Assembly (NCBI GenBank): GCA_017443405.1
Contig: JAFRXS010000208.1
Coordinates: forward strand, 625 to 64,624
DNA from: Clostridia bacterium
Lineage (GTDB): Bacteria > Bacillota > Clostridia > Oscillospirales > Acutalibacteraceae
Direction: 5' to 3'
DNA length: 64,000 nucleotides
In this document: positions 9,046 to 17,560 of the stretch, in pieces
How positions within the stretch are numbered: the first letter of the stretch is position 1
Layout: every line of letters starts with the position of its first letter
The notes under the pieces: generated by a model
Database searches by the model: none
Seen by the model: only the letters and a program-made list of their open reading frames with translations
What the model was told of the DNA's origin: nothing
Position numbers and translations under genes: made by a program

Positions 9046-10299
9046 TTATAGATTCAGACTGTTTTCGTTCAGCAAAAAGTCATAGATGCTCATGACCTGT
9101 ATGCCCTCTTCGGTATACCAGACCGTCGGCGAATCACGGGTCACTATGATTTTTTTGAAATTATCTTCTATCTTCAGCAGAGGACGCTGCTCCTGCTCGG
9201 TTTTTGCCCGGTCGGGCATGGCAAACGCGGATTGGATATAATACCTTGCAGACCCCTTGTTGCAGACAAAGTCGACTTCAAGCTGATTTCTTGTCATTTT
9301 GCCGTCTTCATTCTTTGCGTTTATCGGAACGATCCCGACATCGACGTTGAAACCTCTGGCGCACAGCTCGTTGTATATGACGTTTTCCATCGTGTGCGTT
9401 TCTTCAAGCTGACGGAAGTTTATGCGCGCGTTTCTCAGCCCGATATCCGTGAAATAATACTTGAGAGGGGTGTCGATATACTTCTTTCCCCGGATATCGT
9501 AGCGGTGCGCGGCGCTGATAAGAAACGCGTCGCAAAGATACTCCAGATAATTGCCGATCGTATTGGGGCTGATAGACACCTGTTTGACGCTTTTGAACGT
9601 GGCGGACAGCTTCCTCGGATTTGTAAGCGAACCGATAGACGACGACAGGATATTGAGCAGGTCCTCCATTTCCGCGCGGTTGCGGACGTTATGGCGGCCG
9701 ACTATATCGCTTACATAGGTTTCATCCATGAGCGACTTGAGAAGAGCGGCTTTTTGTTCCGCGGTCGGCAGCAGTACGACCTGAGGCAAACCGCCGTACA
9801 GCATGTATTCCTGCCAGCCGTCATAGCGGTTGCCGGAATAATTATCCATAAATTCACAGAAACGCAGAGGTCCGATATGAAGTTCGTCTCCGCGACCGCG
9901 GAACTCGGTGATGATATCTTTTGACAGGAACTTCGCGTTGCTTCCGGTCACGTATACGTCGACGTTCTTCATTCGAAGAAAACCGTTGAGGACGGATTCG
10001 AACTCACCGAGCAGCTGCACCTCGTCGAAGAGAAGATAGTACATGCCGTCGTCGGTCAAAAGGCTTTTGATATACGGATAAAGCACTTCGGGATCGCGAT
10101 ACTTCTTCATGTCAAATGAATCAAAGCTCATCCCGATGATATGATCCGCCGGTACGCCCTGTAAAAGCAGATGTTCCCGGAACAGTTCAAAAAGCAGATA
10201 TGATTTACCGCAGCGGCGTATACCCGTGATGACCTTGACCAGGCCGTTGTGTTTTTTTTGTATCAGTCTGTCGAGCCATATCTCTCTTTTGAATTCCAT
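9046..10299 (-). CDS. AAA-family ATPase (DUF4143-type ATP-binding protein)
   Basis: Walker A ITGIRRCGKSY and Walker B-like YLLFDEVQ, with the overall layout of the widespread AAA+DUF4143 orphan ATPases. The gene is visibly more AT-rich than its neighbours. Confidence 0.7.
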   Translation of the reverse strand: MEFKREIWLDRLIQKKHNGLVKVITGIRRCGKSYLLFELFREHLLLQGVPADHIIGMSFDSFDMKKYRDPEVLYPYIKSLLTDDGMYYLLFDEVQLLGEFESVLNGFLRMKNVDVYVTGSNAKFLSKDIITEFRGRGDELHIGPLRFCEFMDNYSGNRYDGWQEYMLYGGLPQVVLLPTAEQKAALLKSLMDETYVSDIVGRHNVRNRAEMEDLLNILSSSIGSLTNPRKLSATFKSVKQVSISPNTIGNYLEYLCDAFLISAAHRYDIRGKKYIDTPLKYYFTDIGLRNARINFRQLEETHTMENVIYNELCARGFNVDVGIVPINAKNEDGKMTRNQLEVDFVCNKGSARYYIQSAFAMPDRAKTEQEQRPLLKIEDNFKKIIVTRDSPTVWYTEEGIQVMSIYDFLLNENSLNL

Positions 10300-10309
10300 A
10301 CGCAGACTC

Positions 10310-10330
10310 CTATTGCATATTTTTGCGTAT
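10310..10330. repeat. 21-nt direct repeat, copy 1 (in the leader of the ATPase gene)
   Basis: CTATTGCATATTTTTGCGTAT. It matches copy 2 at 19 of 21 positions, and the two copies start exactly 90 nt apart. Confidence 0.7.
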
Positions 10331-10355
10331 TTATGTAATTCTGTTCAATAGCTTG

Positions 10356-10384
10356 ATTATACCCCGCGTTTCGATATTTGTCAA
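10356..10384 (-). promoter_or_regulatory. sigma-A type promoter for the AAA ATPase gene
   Basis: On the minus strand: TTGACA (complement 10379-10384), 17-nt spacer, TATAAT (complement 10356-10361). Confidence 0.6.
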
Positions 10385-10399
10385 CAGTTTGGCGCCGTT

Positions 10400-10431
10400 C
10401 TATTGCACGTTTTTGCGTATAGACGCAAAAA
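10400..10431. repeat. 21-nt direct repeat, copy 2, overlapping an inverted repeat
   Basis: CTATTGCACGTTTTTGCGTAT (10400-10420). The inverted repeat is TTTTTGCGT-ATAG-ACGCAAAAA (10410-10431). Confidence 0.7.
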
Positions 10432-10495
10432 TATTCAGTAGGAGCGTTTCGGCCCCGCGCTTTTTGTTGCCCTCTCGTACGGCCGCGGTTGCGAA

Positions 10496-10524
10496 TTGAC
10501 TTTGTTTTGTCGAGGGGTTATAAT
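10496..10524 (+). promoter_or_regulatory. sigma-A type promoter for the CHAP-dockerin gene
   Basis: TTGACT (10496-10501), 17-nt spacer, TATAAT (10519-10524). Confidence 0.6.
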
Positions 10525-10562
10525 AAAACAGTAACGATGTCAGTTTCCGGGAGGGTCATACC

Positions 10563-12773
10563 ATGTCAAAGGGAGTAAGGTTTCGCCGGTTTTTCGCTGC
10601 GCTGGTCGCGGCGGTGCTGCTTTGTGCGGTCATTCCGCTTCAGTCGGGTGCGACGGCGTATTATACCGTCAGAACGACGGAGCCCGGCGTATCGAACGCC
10701 TATTACCGTCATACCTCCGCCGGCGGTCTCAACGAGTGCATAAAGATCGCGGACAACGGATACGTCCTGCCGAACTGCGTCGGCTACTGCTGGGGACGCG
10801 CGTACGAAGTGCTCGGGACCAGGCCGAACCTGAGCAGAGGGCACGCCAACCAGTGGTACAGCTATAATATCAACAGCAGAACGTACGGCTACGGAACGGG
10901 GATCAGACCCGGCGCGATCGCCTGCTATTCCGGAGGGACGTACGGCCACGTCCTGTTTATCGAGGAGGCAGTGAACGGCAGATACAGGATCAGTGAATCG
11001 GCTTACAGCGGCGGGGCGTTTTCCACGTCGGTCCTGAGCGAGGCGCAGATAAAATCCAGAAGCCCGGGCGGTTTCCAGGGCTTCATATATCTGGACGCAG
11101 CCCCCAAAAGTCCGAATGTGTCCCTCGACGTGAATCTGGTGGCCAACGGCATCGCGTCGAACGTCGGCCACGATTCGACGACGTTCGATGTTTGGATCAA
11201 TGGTCAGCGCGCAGCGGACGACGTGAAGGATTTCTATCATGAATACAACCCCGGTTGCTCTTATGAAGTGAACGACATCAAGGTCTCCGGATGCTTTAAA
11301 AACGTCGGGCAGCAGTCGTATACCGGCACGCTGAACGCAAACGCCGTGGTGACTATCTCCATTGAGACCGCTCATACTGTCGAGATAATACCCGCCGTCG
11401 AGCCGACCTGCACCGAGACCGGTCTTACCGAGGGCAGCGTCTGCTCGGTCTGCAAAGAGACTCTGACGGCGCAGGAGGAGATACCCGCGCTCGGGCACGA
11501 GTTCAAGACGACCATGCTTTCCGCTACCTGCGCCGATCCCGCGAGGTTCTATAAGACCTGCGAAAGGTGCGGCGCCGTCGAGACCGAGTTCGTCGATGAT
11601 ATCTTTACGGACTGGAGCGAGGAGGAACCGCCCGCGGACGCCGTCGCCTCCGAGAAAAAGACTCAGTACAGAAGCGCGTCCGCCGTCGATCAGTGGACAC
11701 AGGTCGATTCCGGTTCGTTCGTATACGCGGCGTCCTGGCCCGCGGGCTTCGACCGCGGCAATCCGCTTTTCGCGCAGTACAACAAGACGCCTGTGGCCGC
11801 CACGGAGACCGAGACCGAACGCGTCGTCGTGAATACGGCTCCGGCGGGTTATATCTACTGGCACTGGTGCTATAATTCCTACGCGTACGGTCCGATAAAC
11901 AGGAAGATAAGCTCGGCGCAGTCCTCGACTTATCCCGGTTTCCACGCTTTTGTGTCCGATCAGGACGTACCCGTGACCGAGAGCGCGCACGCGAGACAGC
12001 TCGCGAACGGAGCGGTCTGCAAGGACACTTACTGGTGGCTTGTTGAAAGAGTCGAGCTTTACTCCTGCAACTATACGAAGTATGAAAAGACGAGCTCCGA
12101 CGAATGGTCCGAGTGGGGCGAGTGGCAGGACGAGGAGATAGCCGAGGCGGACGGCGTCAAGGTCGAGACTCGCACGGTAAACCGTTGGGCGACCCGGGAC
12201 ACCGCCGGGATGCCCGACCACGTTTGGGATGCCGGCACTCTGACGAAAGCTGCGACCTGCGCCCAACCCGGCGAGATGCTTTACGTTTGCGCCGTCTGCA
12301 AGACGACGAGGAGCGAAGCCGTTCCGGCGGCGGGACATAAGGCGGAGATGGTCGCCGGAAAAGCCGCGACCTGTACCGAAACGGGCCTTACCGACGGCGA
12401 AAAGTGCGCGGTATGCGGTGAGATCATAACCGCGCAGGAGGTCATCCCTTCGCTCGGGCACACCGAGTCCGGCGCGGACGGAAAGTGCTCGCGCTGCGGC
12501 GAGCGGCTCGTCGCTCCCGAGCCGCCGACGACAGAACCGGCCAAGGTCGGCTACCTGCCCGGCGACGTCGACCGCGACGGCAAGGTGACGTCCACCGACG
12601 CCCGCCTCGCGCTGAGGGCGGCGGCAAAGCTGGACACGCTTGACGAGCTCGGAACGCGCATCGCCGATATGGACGGCGACGGAAACGTGACCTCGACCGA
12701 CGCGCGCGTGATACTTCGAATCGCCGCCAAGCTCGACGCGCAGCCGGACAAGCTGATATACGCCGCCGCGTGA
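10563..12773 (+). CDS. secreted CHAP-domain protein with Cys-rich repeats and a C-terminal type-I dockerin
   Basis: The signal peptide is MSKGVRFRRFFAALVAAVLLCAVIPLQSGATA. The CHAP catalytic Cys and His contexts are NCVGYCWGRAY and YGHVLFIEE. C-x(9-10)-C-x2-C modules recur (for example EPTCTETGLTEGSVCSVCKE and AATCTETGLTDGEKCAVCGE). Two dockerin Ca-binding segments are present: GDVDRDGKVTSTDARLALR and DMDGDGNVTSTDARVILR. Confidence 0.8.
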   Translation: MSKGVRFRRFFAALVAAVLLCAVIPLQSGATAYYTVRTTEPGVSNAYYRHTSAGGLNECIKIADNGYVLPNCVGYCWGRAYEVLGTRPNLSRGHANQWYSYNINSRTYGYGTGIRPGAIACYSGGTYGHVLFIEEAVNGRYRISESAYSGGAFSTSVLSEAQIKSRSPGGFQGFIYLDAAPKSPNVSLDVNLVANGIASNVGHDSTTFDVWINGQRAADDVKDFYHEYNPGCSYEVNDIKVSGCFKNVGQQSYTGTLNANAVVTISIETAHTVEIIPAVEPTCTETGLTEGSVCSVCKETLTAQEEIPALGHEFKTTMLSATCADPARFYKTCERCGAVETEFVDDIFTDWSEEEPPADAVASEKKTQYRSASAVDQWTQVDSGSFVYAASWPAGFDRGNPLFAQYNKTPVAATETETERVVVNTAPAGYIYWHWCYNSYAYGPINRKISSAQSSTYPGFHAFVSDQDVPVTESAHARQLANGAVCKDTYWWLVERVELYSCNYTKYEKTSSDEWSEWGEWQDEEIAEADGVKVETRTVNRWATRDTAGMPDHVWDAGTLTKAATCAQPGEMLYVCAVCKTTRSEAVPAAGHKAEMVAGKAATCTETGLTDGEKCAVCGEIITAQEVIPSLGHTESGADGKCSRCGERLVAPEPPTTEPAKVGYLPGDVDRDGKVTSTDARLALRAAAKLDTLDELGTRIADMDGDGNVTSTDARVILRIAAKLDAQPDKLIYAAA

Positions 12774-12796
12774 AACGCGCCCGGCAAAACGGACCG

Positions 12797-12820
12797 CCCG
12801 CCCTTCGGGGCGGGTTTTTA
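12797..12820 (+). terminator. rho-independent terminator
   Basis: CCCGCCC-TTCG-GGGCGGG followed by TTTTT. Confidence 0.75.
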
Positions 12821-12867
12821 TGTGTCCCGAAAAAATATCCGCGCCGGATCAAGTTGACGGTACCGCA

Positions 12868-12896
12868 TTGACTTTGCCGTGATAAGGGAATATAAT
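12868..12896 (+). promoter_or_regulatory. sigma-A type promoter for the SGNH/NUDIX pair
   Basis: TTGACT (12868-12873), 17-nt spacer, TATAAT (12891-12896). Confidence 0.6.
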
Positions 12897-12934
12897 ACGT
12901 TCGGTATCATTTTGACCGAAAGGCGGTATTTTTT

Positions 12935-13552
12935 ATGAAAACTTGGCTGTTCCAGGGCGATTCGGTGACAGATTACGGGCGCGGGCGCGGCGACGACCCC
13001 AATATGGGCGCGGGCTATCCGCTGCTTATAGCGGCGAAGCTCTCGTATGAGCGTCCCGGCGAGTTTAAATTCGTCAACCGCGCGATAAGCGGCAACAGGA
13101 CGGTCGACGTCCTCGCGCGCAGCCGTGAGGACATCACGCAGATCGAGCCTGATATCCTTACCGTCCTCATCGGCGTCAACGACTGCTGGCGCATGTTCGA
13201 CGGCAACAGCTGGCTCACCGCGGACCAGACGCGCGATATGATGGACCTGATGCTGCGCTACGTCAAGGGGGACAGACCCGAATGCCGCGTCATCGTCATG
13301 GAGCCCTTCATCCTGCACGGACCGGCGACCGACGGGAGTTACGACGCCTTCCGCAGCGAGGTCGAAAAGCATTCCGCCGCTCTTAAGAGCGCCGCGGAGG
13401 CGAACGGCTGCGAGTTCATGCCGCTGCAGTACCGTTTTGACGAAGCCGCGAAGAACGCTCCCGCGGAGCTGTACCTGAGGGACGGCGTTCATCCCGCTCC
13501 CGCGGGGCACGAGCTCATCGCCCGCGCGCTTATGGAGTTCGTCGGAGTATGA
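12935..13552 (+). CDS. SGNH/GDSL-family hydrolase
   Basis: Block I is FQGDSVTD at the N-terminus. A GxND block (LIGVNDC) and a C-terminal DGVHP block (Asp-x-x-His) are also present. Confidence 0.8.
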   Translation: MKTWLFQGDSVTDYGRGRGDDPNMGAGYPLLIAAKLSYERPGEFKFVNRAISGNRTVDVLARSREDITQIEPDILTVLIGVNDCWRMFDGNSWLTADQTRDMMDLMLRYVKGDRPECRVIVMEPFILHGPATDGSYDAFRSEVEKHSAALKSAAEANGCEFMPLQYRFDEAAKNAPAELYLRDGVHPAPAGHELIARALMEFVGV

Positions 13553-14181
13553 ATGTCGTAAGACTGTTCGAGTCGAGATTCGTCAGGCTTTTCGATCTTG
13601 TCTACGCGCCGGGCAAGCACTATTACGACGCTTCCCGGCGTGAGGAAAAGGACCTCGTCGCCCTTAAGAGCGACGGGGAATTCAGATCCATGACGCCCGA
13701 CGCGGTGAGCTGCTTCGTCGTCGTCGACGACGGCGTGAACGCGCCCGCTCTGCTGCTGTCGCGGGAGTACCGCTACCCCGCGGGGCGTTATCTTTTGAGC
13801 GTCCCCGCGGGGCTCATCGATCCGGAGGACGAACGGGAGGAACAGCCGCTTTTCTCCGCGGCAAAAAGGGAGATATTCGAGGAGACCGGCGTCCGTGTGA
13901 CGGACGCCGACAGGATGTCCGTCATAAATCCCTGCGTATTCAGCACTCCCGGCATGACGGACGAGAGCAACGCCCTCGTCGGCGCGGTTCTCACCCGCGA
14001 CGTGCGGCCGGAGCTCACGCACTCCGGCGCGGTCGGCTCCGAGAAGTTCGACGGCTTCCTGTTGGCGGACGAGGAGACAGCCCGGGGGATGATCGCCTCC
14101 GGCGCGGACGACAGGGGGATATATTATCCGCTCCACACCTACGCCGCGCTGCTGTACTTCCTCTCCGGCGCGTGGAAATGA
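13549..14181 (+). CDS. NUDIX hydrolase
   Basis: NUDIX box GLIDPEDEREEQPLFSAAKREIFEETGV (Gx5Ex7REUxEExGU). The ATGA start overlaps the upstream stop. Confidence 0.8.
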   Translation: MNVVRLFESRFVRLFDLVYAPGKHYYDASRREEKDLVALKSDGEFRSMTPDAVSCFVVVDDGVNAPALLLSREYRYPAGRYLLSVPAGLIDPEDEREEQPLFSAAKREIFEETGVRVTDADRMSVINPCVFSTPGMTDESNALVGAVLTRDVRPELTHSGAVGSEKFDGFLLADEETARGMIASGADDRGIYYPLHTYAALLYFLSGAWK

Positions 14182-14184
14182 CAA

Positions 14185-14211
14185 GGCGCCGCTTTGCGGC
14201 GTCTTTTTTTT
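14185..14211 (+). terminator. rho-independent terminator
   Basis: A GC-rich hairpin (GGCGCCGC-TTT-GCGGCGTC) followed by a T8 run. Confidence 0.7.
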
Positions 14212-14221
14212 GACTGACCGC

Positions 14222-14250
14222 TTGACATATACACGTTATCCGTGTATAAT
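14222..14250 (+). promoter_or_regulatory. sigma-A type promoter for higBA
   Basis: TTGACA (14222-14227), 17-nt spacer, TATAAT (14245-14250). The -10 box ends only 7 nt before the likely higB ATG. Confidence 0.6.
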
Positions 14251-14257
14251 ATGGATG

Positions 14258-14542
14258 ATGATCAAGAGTTTTGCGGATAAGGAAACAAAAAAGGTATACG
14301 ATCAGGTTTTCTCAAGAAAACTTCCCGAATCGATACAGAAAGTGGCTCTACGCAAGCTGATCATGATAGACAATGCTCAAAAGTTAGAGGACTTGAAAGT
14401 CCCGCCGAACAACCGGTTGGAGCTTTTGACCGGAGACCGGAAGGGACAATACAGCATTCGAATTAACGATCAGTTCCGCATTTGTTTTTCTTTCAGGGAA
14501 AACAACTGTTATGATGTGGAGATCACAGATTATCATCATTGA
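14258..14542 (+). CDS. higB: HigB-type (RelE superfamily) toxin, plasmid maintenance system killer family
   Basis: ORF 14210..14542. MIKSFADKETKKVYDQ...LEDLKVPPNNRLELLTGDRKGQYSIRINDQFRICF is the typical HigB pattern. The upstream part of the ORF overlaps the promoter, so the start is probably 14255 or 14258. Confidence 0.8.
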   Translation: MIKSFADKETKKVYDQVFSRKLPESIQKVALRKLIMIDNAQKLEDLKVPPNNRLELLTGDRKGQYSIRINDQFRICFSFRENNCYDVEITDYHH

Positions 14543-14556
14543 GAGGCGGTGTGAAA

Positions 14557-14850
14557 ATGGAAAAGACAATAGATACTCCGACTGCGGGGGAGATCTTATT
14601 TGAAGAGTTTATGGAACCCTTCGGTATCTCGGCATACAAGCTGGCGAAAGATATCGGCGTGCCCACTTCAAGGATACAGGATATACTGCACTGCAGGAGA
14701 AAAATAACCGCGGATACTTCGCTGAGACTCGCCAGATATTTCGGGGTGTCGGACAGCTATTTCCTTGATATCCAGAACGATATCGATTTGAGGGAGCTTC
14801 GCGGTTTGATGTCCTCTGAGCTGGACAGCATCAGGGCTTTCGCAGGATAA
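14557..14850 (+). CDS. higA: HigA-type antitoxin (XRE-family HTH)
   Basis: ORF 14539..14850. GEILFEEFMEPFGISAYKLAKDIGVPTSRIQDILHCRRKITADTSLRLARYFGVS is the HigA/VapI HTH signature. The ATG at 14557 follows a GAGG RBS. The toxin-first gene order is typical of hig modules. Confidence 0.85.
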   Translation: MEKTIDTPTAGEILFEEFMEPFGISAYKLAKDIGVPTSRIQDILHCRRKITADTSLRLARYFGVSDSYFLDIQNDIDLRELRGLMSSELDSIRAFAG

Positions 14851-14914
14851 ACCGATCCGATCATAATTTGCGTAGCTTTTATTGCTGCGTGATCCCTTCA
14901 TGAAAAACTTATTA

Positions 14915-14937
14915 AAAACCCCTTGACAAGGGGTTTT
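14915..14937 (+). terminator. hairpin terminator after higA
   Basis: AAAACCCCTT-GAC-AAGGGGTTTT, a 10-bp stem. Confidence 0.55.
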
Positions 14938-14951
14938 GCCGCGTGTATAAT
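14923..14951 (+). promoter_or_regulatory. sigma-A type promoter for the symporter gene
   Basis: TTGACA (14923-14928, inside the hairpin loop), 17-nt spacer, TATAAT (14946-14951). A 12-nt palindrome CGCTTTAAAGCG lies at 14959-14970, just downstream. Confidence 0.55.
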
Positions 14952-15003
14952 AATTTAGCGCTTTAAAGCGTCTATTCGTTAAATCGTTTTCGGAGGCAAT
15001 CGG

Positions 15004-16533
15004 ATGTCACAGGTCGCGATCATTTACACGACTATAGCGGTATACGTTGTGATGATAGCCGTCATCGGCGTCATAACGGGGCGCAGGTCCCGCGGTATAT
15101 CGGATTTCACCGTGGGAGGCAGGAACGCGGGCGCGTGGCTGTCCGCCCTTTCCTACGGCACGGCGTATTTCTCCGCCGTCATGTTCGTCGGCTACGCCGG
15201 CGGCACGGGCAAGGGCTTCGGACTCTGGGGCATTCTCGCGGGTCTCGGCAACGCCGTTTTCGGCTCGTGGCTCGCTTGGAAGGTGCTCGCGCGCCGCACG
15301 CGCGACGTTTCCTCGAGACTCAAGCTCAAGACCATGCCCGAATACTTTGAGCAGAGGTACGGCTCCACGGCGCTCAAATACTTCGCCGCCGCCGTCATCT
15401 TCGTCTTCATGGTCCCGTATTCCGCGTCCGTCTACAAGGGGCTCGCGTCGATAGCCGACGAGCTTCTCGGCATAGACGTCAACGTCTGCATGATAATCAT
15501 CGCCGTCATGGCGATGCTGATACTCGTGCTGGGCGGCTACCTCGTCCAGGCGAGGGCGGACTTCGTGCAGGGCATCATCATGTTCGCGGGCATCGTGCTG
15601 CTGCTCGTGTTCGTCATCAAGAGCGACAAGCCCCTGTTCGACGGCGGTATGTCCGGCATAATCGAGTACGCCCGCACCGCGGAGGGTCTCCCGAAACTGA
15701 ACGCCTCGCAGTGGATCACGCTTTGGGCGACCGTCCTCATGACGTCCTTCGGCACCTGGGGACTTCCCCAGATGGTCACTAAATACTTCGGCATAAAGGA
15801 CGACAGGCAGGCGAAGCGCGGCGTCACGATCTCGACGGTCTTTGCTCTTCTCGTCGCGGGCGGCGGATACTTTATCGGCGCGCTGTGCTACATGTACTTC
15901 AACAAGGCGGACGTCCTCGCCGGCACTCCCGCGCAGGATTATCTGGTGCCGAAGATGCTCAAGCTGACCAGTCTGCCGACGGTCCTGCTCGGCATAGTCA
16001 TAGTTCTGCTTCTGTCCGCTTCCGTTTCGACGCTTTGCTCGGTCTCCCTGACCGCGAGCTCGGTGCTTTCCGTCGACCTTATCAACGACCGCGCCAAAAA
16101 GCCGCTCGGGCAGAAGAAGCTGACCGCGCTGACCAAGATACTCTGCGCCGTCTTTGTCGTCATCTCCTTCGTCGTCGCCAACACCGAGACGCCGATACTC
16201 GACATGATGAGCTATTCCTGGGGCGTCATCTCGGGCTCGTTCCTCGCTCCTTACGTCCTCGCGCTCTACGATAAGAAGATCACGAAAAAGGGAGCCTGGG
16301 CGGGCGTTCTCACCGGCTTCTGCATCGCCATGATCCCTGCGGTATCGAAGATCATCACCATGTTCGCGGCTCCCGAGCTCGCGGTCAAACTTGCCGGCAT
16401 GGGCCCGACGTTCGCCTGCATAGCGATGATCGCCTCGATAATCGTCACCGAGGTCGTCAGCAGGCTCACCTATAAGCCCTCGGACGAGCTGTACATCGCT
16501 CCGTTCTATTCGGAGGTCAAAGAGGAGGAATAA
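15004..16533 (+). CDS. sodium:solute symporter family (SSF) transporter
   Basis: A 509-aa protein with about 13 TM helices. The N-terminal FTVGGRNAGAWLSALSYGTAYFSAVMFVGYAG segment is typical of PutP/PanF-like SSF proteins. Confidence 0.75.
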   Translation: MSQVAIIYTTIAVYVVMIAVIGVITGRRSRGISDFTVGGRNAGAWLSALSYGTAYFSAVMFVGYAGGTGKGFGLWGILAGLGNAVFGSWLAWKVLARRTRDVSSRLKLKTMPEYFEQRYGSTALKYFAAAVIFVFMVPYSASVYKGLASIADELLGIDVNVCMIIIAVMAMLILVLGGYLVQARADFVQGIIMFAGIVLLLVFVIKSDKPLFDGGMSGIIEYARTAEGLPKLNASQWITLWATVLMTSFGTWGLPQMVTKYFGIKDDRQAKRGVTISTVFALLVAGGGYFIGALCYMYFNKADVLAGTPAQDYLVPKMLKLTSLPTVLLGIVIVLLLSASVSTLCSVSLTASSVLSVDLINDRAKKPLGQKKLTALTKILCAVFVVISFVVANTETPILDMMSYSWGVISGSFLAPYVLALYDKKITKKGAWAGVLTGFCIAMIPAVSKIITMFAAPELAVKLAGMGPTFACIAMIASIIVTEVVSRLTYKPSDELYIAPFYSEVKEEE

Positions 16534-16578
16534 GGCGGGTCCTGCGTTTTGCGGACCGCGTCTGACGCAGAAATAATA

Positions 16579-16606
16579 AGTCCCACCCGAGAGGGTGGGC
16601 TTTTTG
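16579..16606. terminator. bidirectional terminator between convergent genes
   Basis: AAG-TCCCACCC-GAGA-GGGTGGG-CTTTTT. Confidence 0.7.
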
Positions 16607-16632
16607 TCGGAAAGACGGGGCGCGGAACATTT

Positions 16633-17559
16633 TTAATTCGAAAAACGCTTAAGCTTTTCGTATTCTTCGTCGTCTATCTCCATCACCCCTCCGTGCTTGA
16701 AGCCGTAGGGGAAGGAGAAGAGGCCGGGTGCGGGGGAGAAGCGGGCGTCGCCGGGGGCGGGGGAAACGTAGGGGCGGTAGCCCATCTCGGGTTTCGGGCA
16801 GCCGAAAAAGTCCGCCATAAGGCACCATCTGCCGTCGGGCAGGACGAAAGTCGTCGGCGCCTCGTACGCGCCGGGCATGTCTATCGCGTCCATGCGGGCG
16901 TTGAAGTCTTCGTCGTCCTCATATTCGCCGTAAAGACTGTCCGAGGTCGCGAGGGAGACGCGCCCGGGAACGCAGTTTTTGTAAAAGAGGAAGTACCTGT
17001 CCCCGATCTTTCGCAGGTGCGAGTCGAGACAGCCGTTTTCGCGTGAGAAAAACAGCTCGGGGCGGGAGAAGGACTTAAAATCGCGCGTTTCGCTGCGGTA
17101 TATCTGCGTGTGCTTGAAGCCGTTCTCCGACGTCGTGGAGCTGAAATGGACGACGTAGACCCCGCGGTCCCCGTCGTAAAAGACCTCGGGCGCCCATACG
17201 CAGCCGAAATCCTCCCTGCCGACGGGGATCGTCTCCTGCTCTCCGAAAGAGGTGAGCGTATCTCCGCGCCACACGGAAATGTTCCTGCTTCCGTGGCTGT
17301 TTATATACGCCCAGTCGACGTTGCAGTTTTCGTCCATGTGCTTTACTATGCACAGGTCGGTCGCGACGATGACGAAACCGCCGTCACGCAGGCGGACTAT
17401 CTCTATATCCCGGCAGCCGCCCGCGCCCCTGTCGCAGGTCAGCGCGGGGCTGCCCCCGTTGACCTCTTCCCACAGAAAACCGTCGCGGCTGACCGCGAAA
17501 TAGACCTGCTCGCCGTCGACGGTCGTTTTTTCCTTGAAATGAGCGAAAAGATAAGGCAT
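16633..17559 (-). CDS. five-bladed beta-propeller glycoside hydrolase-like protein (GH43-like)
   Basis: LFAHFKE...EQVYFAVSRDGFLW, WAPEVFYD and a C-terminal FKHGGVMEIDDEEYEKL resemble GH43-type propellers. No signal peptide is apparent. Confidence 0.5.
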   Translation of the reverse strand: MPYLFAHFKEKTTVDGEQVYFAVSRDGFLWEEVNGGSPALTCDRGAGGCRDIEIVRLRDGGFVIVATDLCIVKHMDENCNVDWAYINSHGSRNISVWRGDTLTSFGEQETIPVGREDFGCVWAPEVFYDGDRGVYVVHFSSTTSENGFKHTQIYRSETRDFKSFSRPELFFSRENGCLDSHLRKIGDRYFLFYKNCVPGRVSLATSDSLYGEYEDDEDFNARMDAIDMPGAYEAPTTFVLPDGRWCLMADFFGCPKPEMGYRPYVSPAPGDARFSPAPGLFSFPYGFKHGGVMEIDDEEYEKLKRFSN

Positions 17560-17560
17560 A

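Noticed and set aside
9046-10299. The AAA ATPase as part of an anti-phage defence system.
   Set aside because: It is a single gene with its own promoter. It has no adjacent nuclease, methylase, helicase or effector partner. DUF4143 ATPases are common orphan genes, so the evidence is insufficient.
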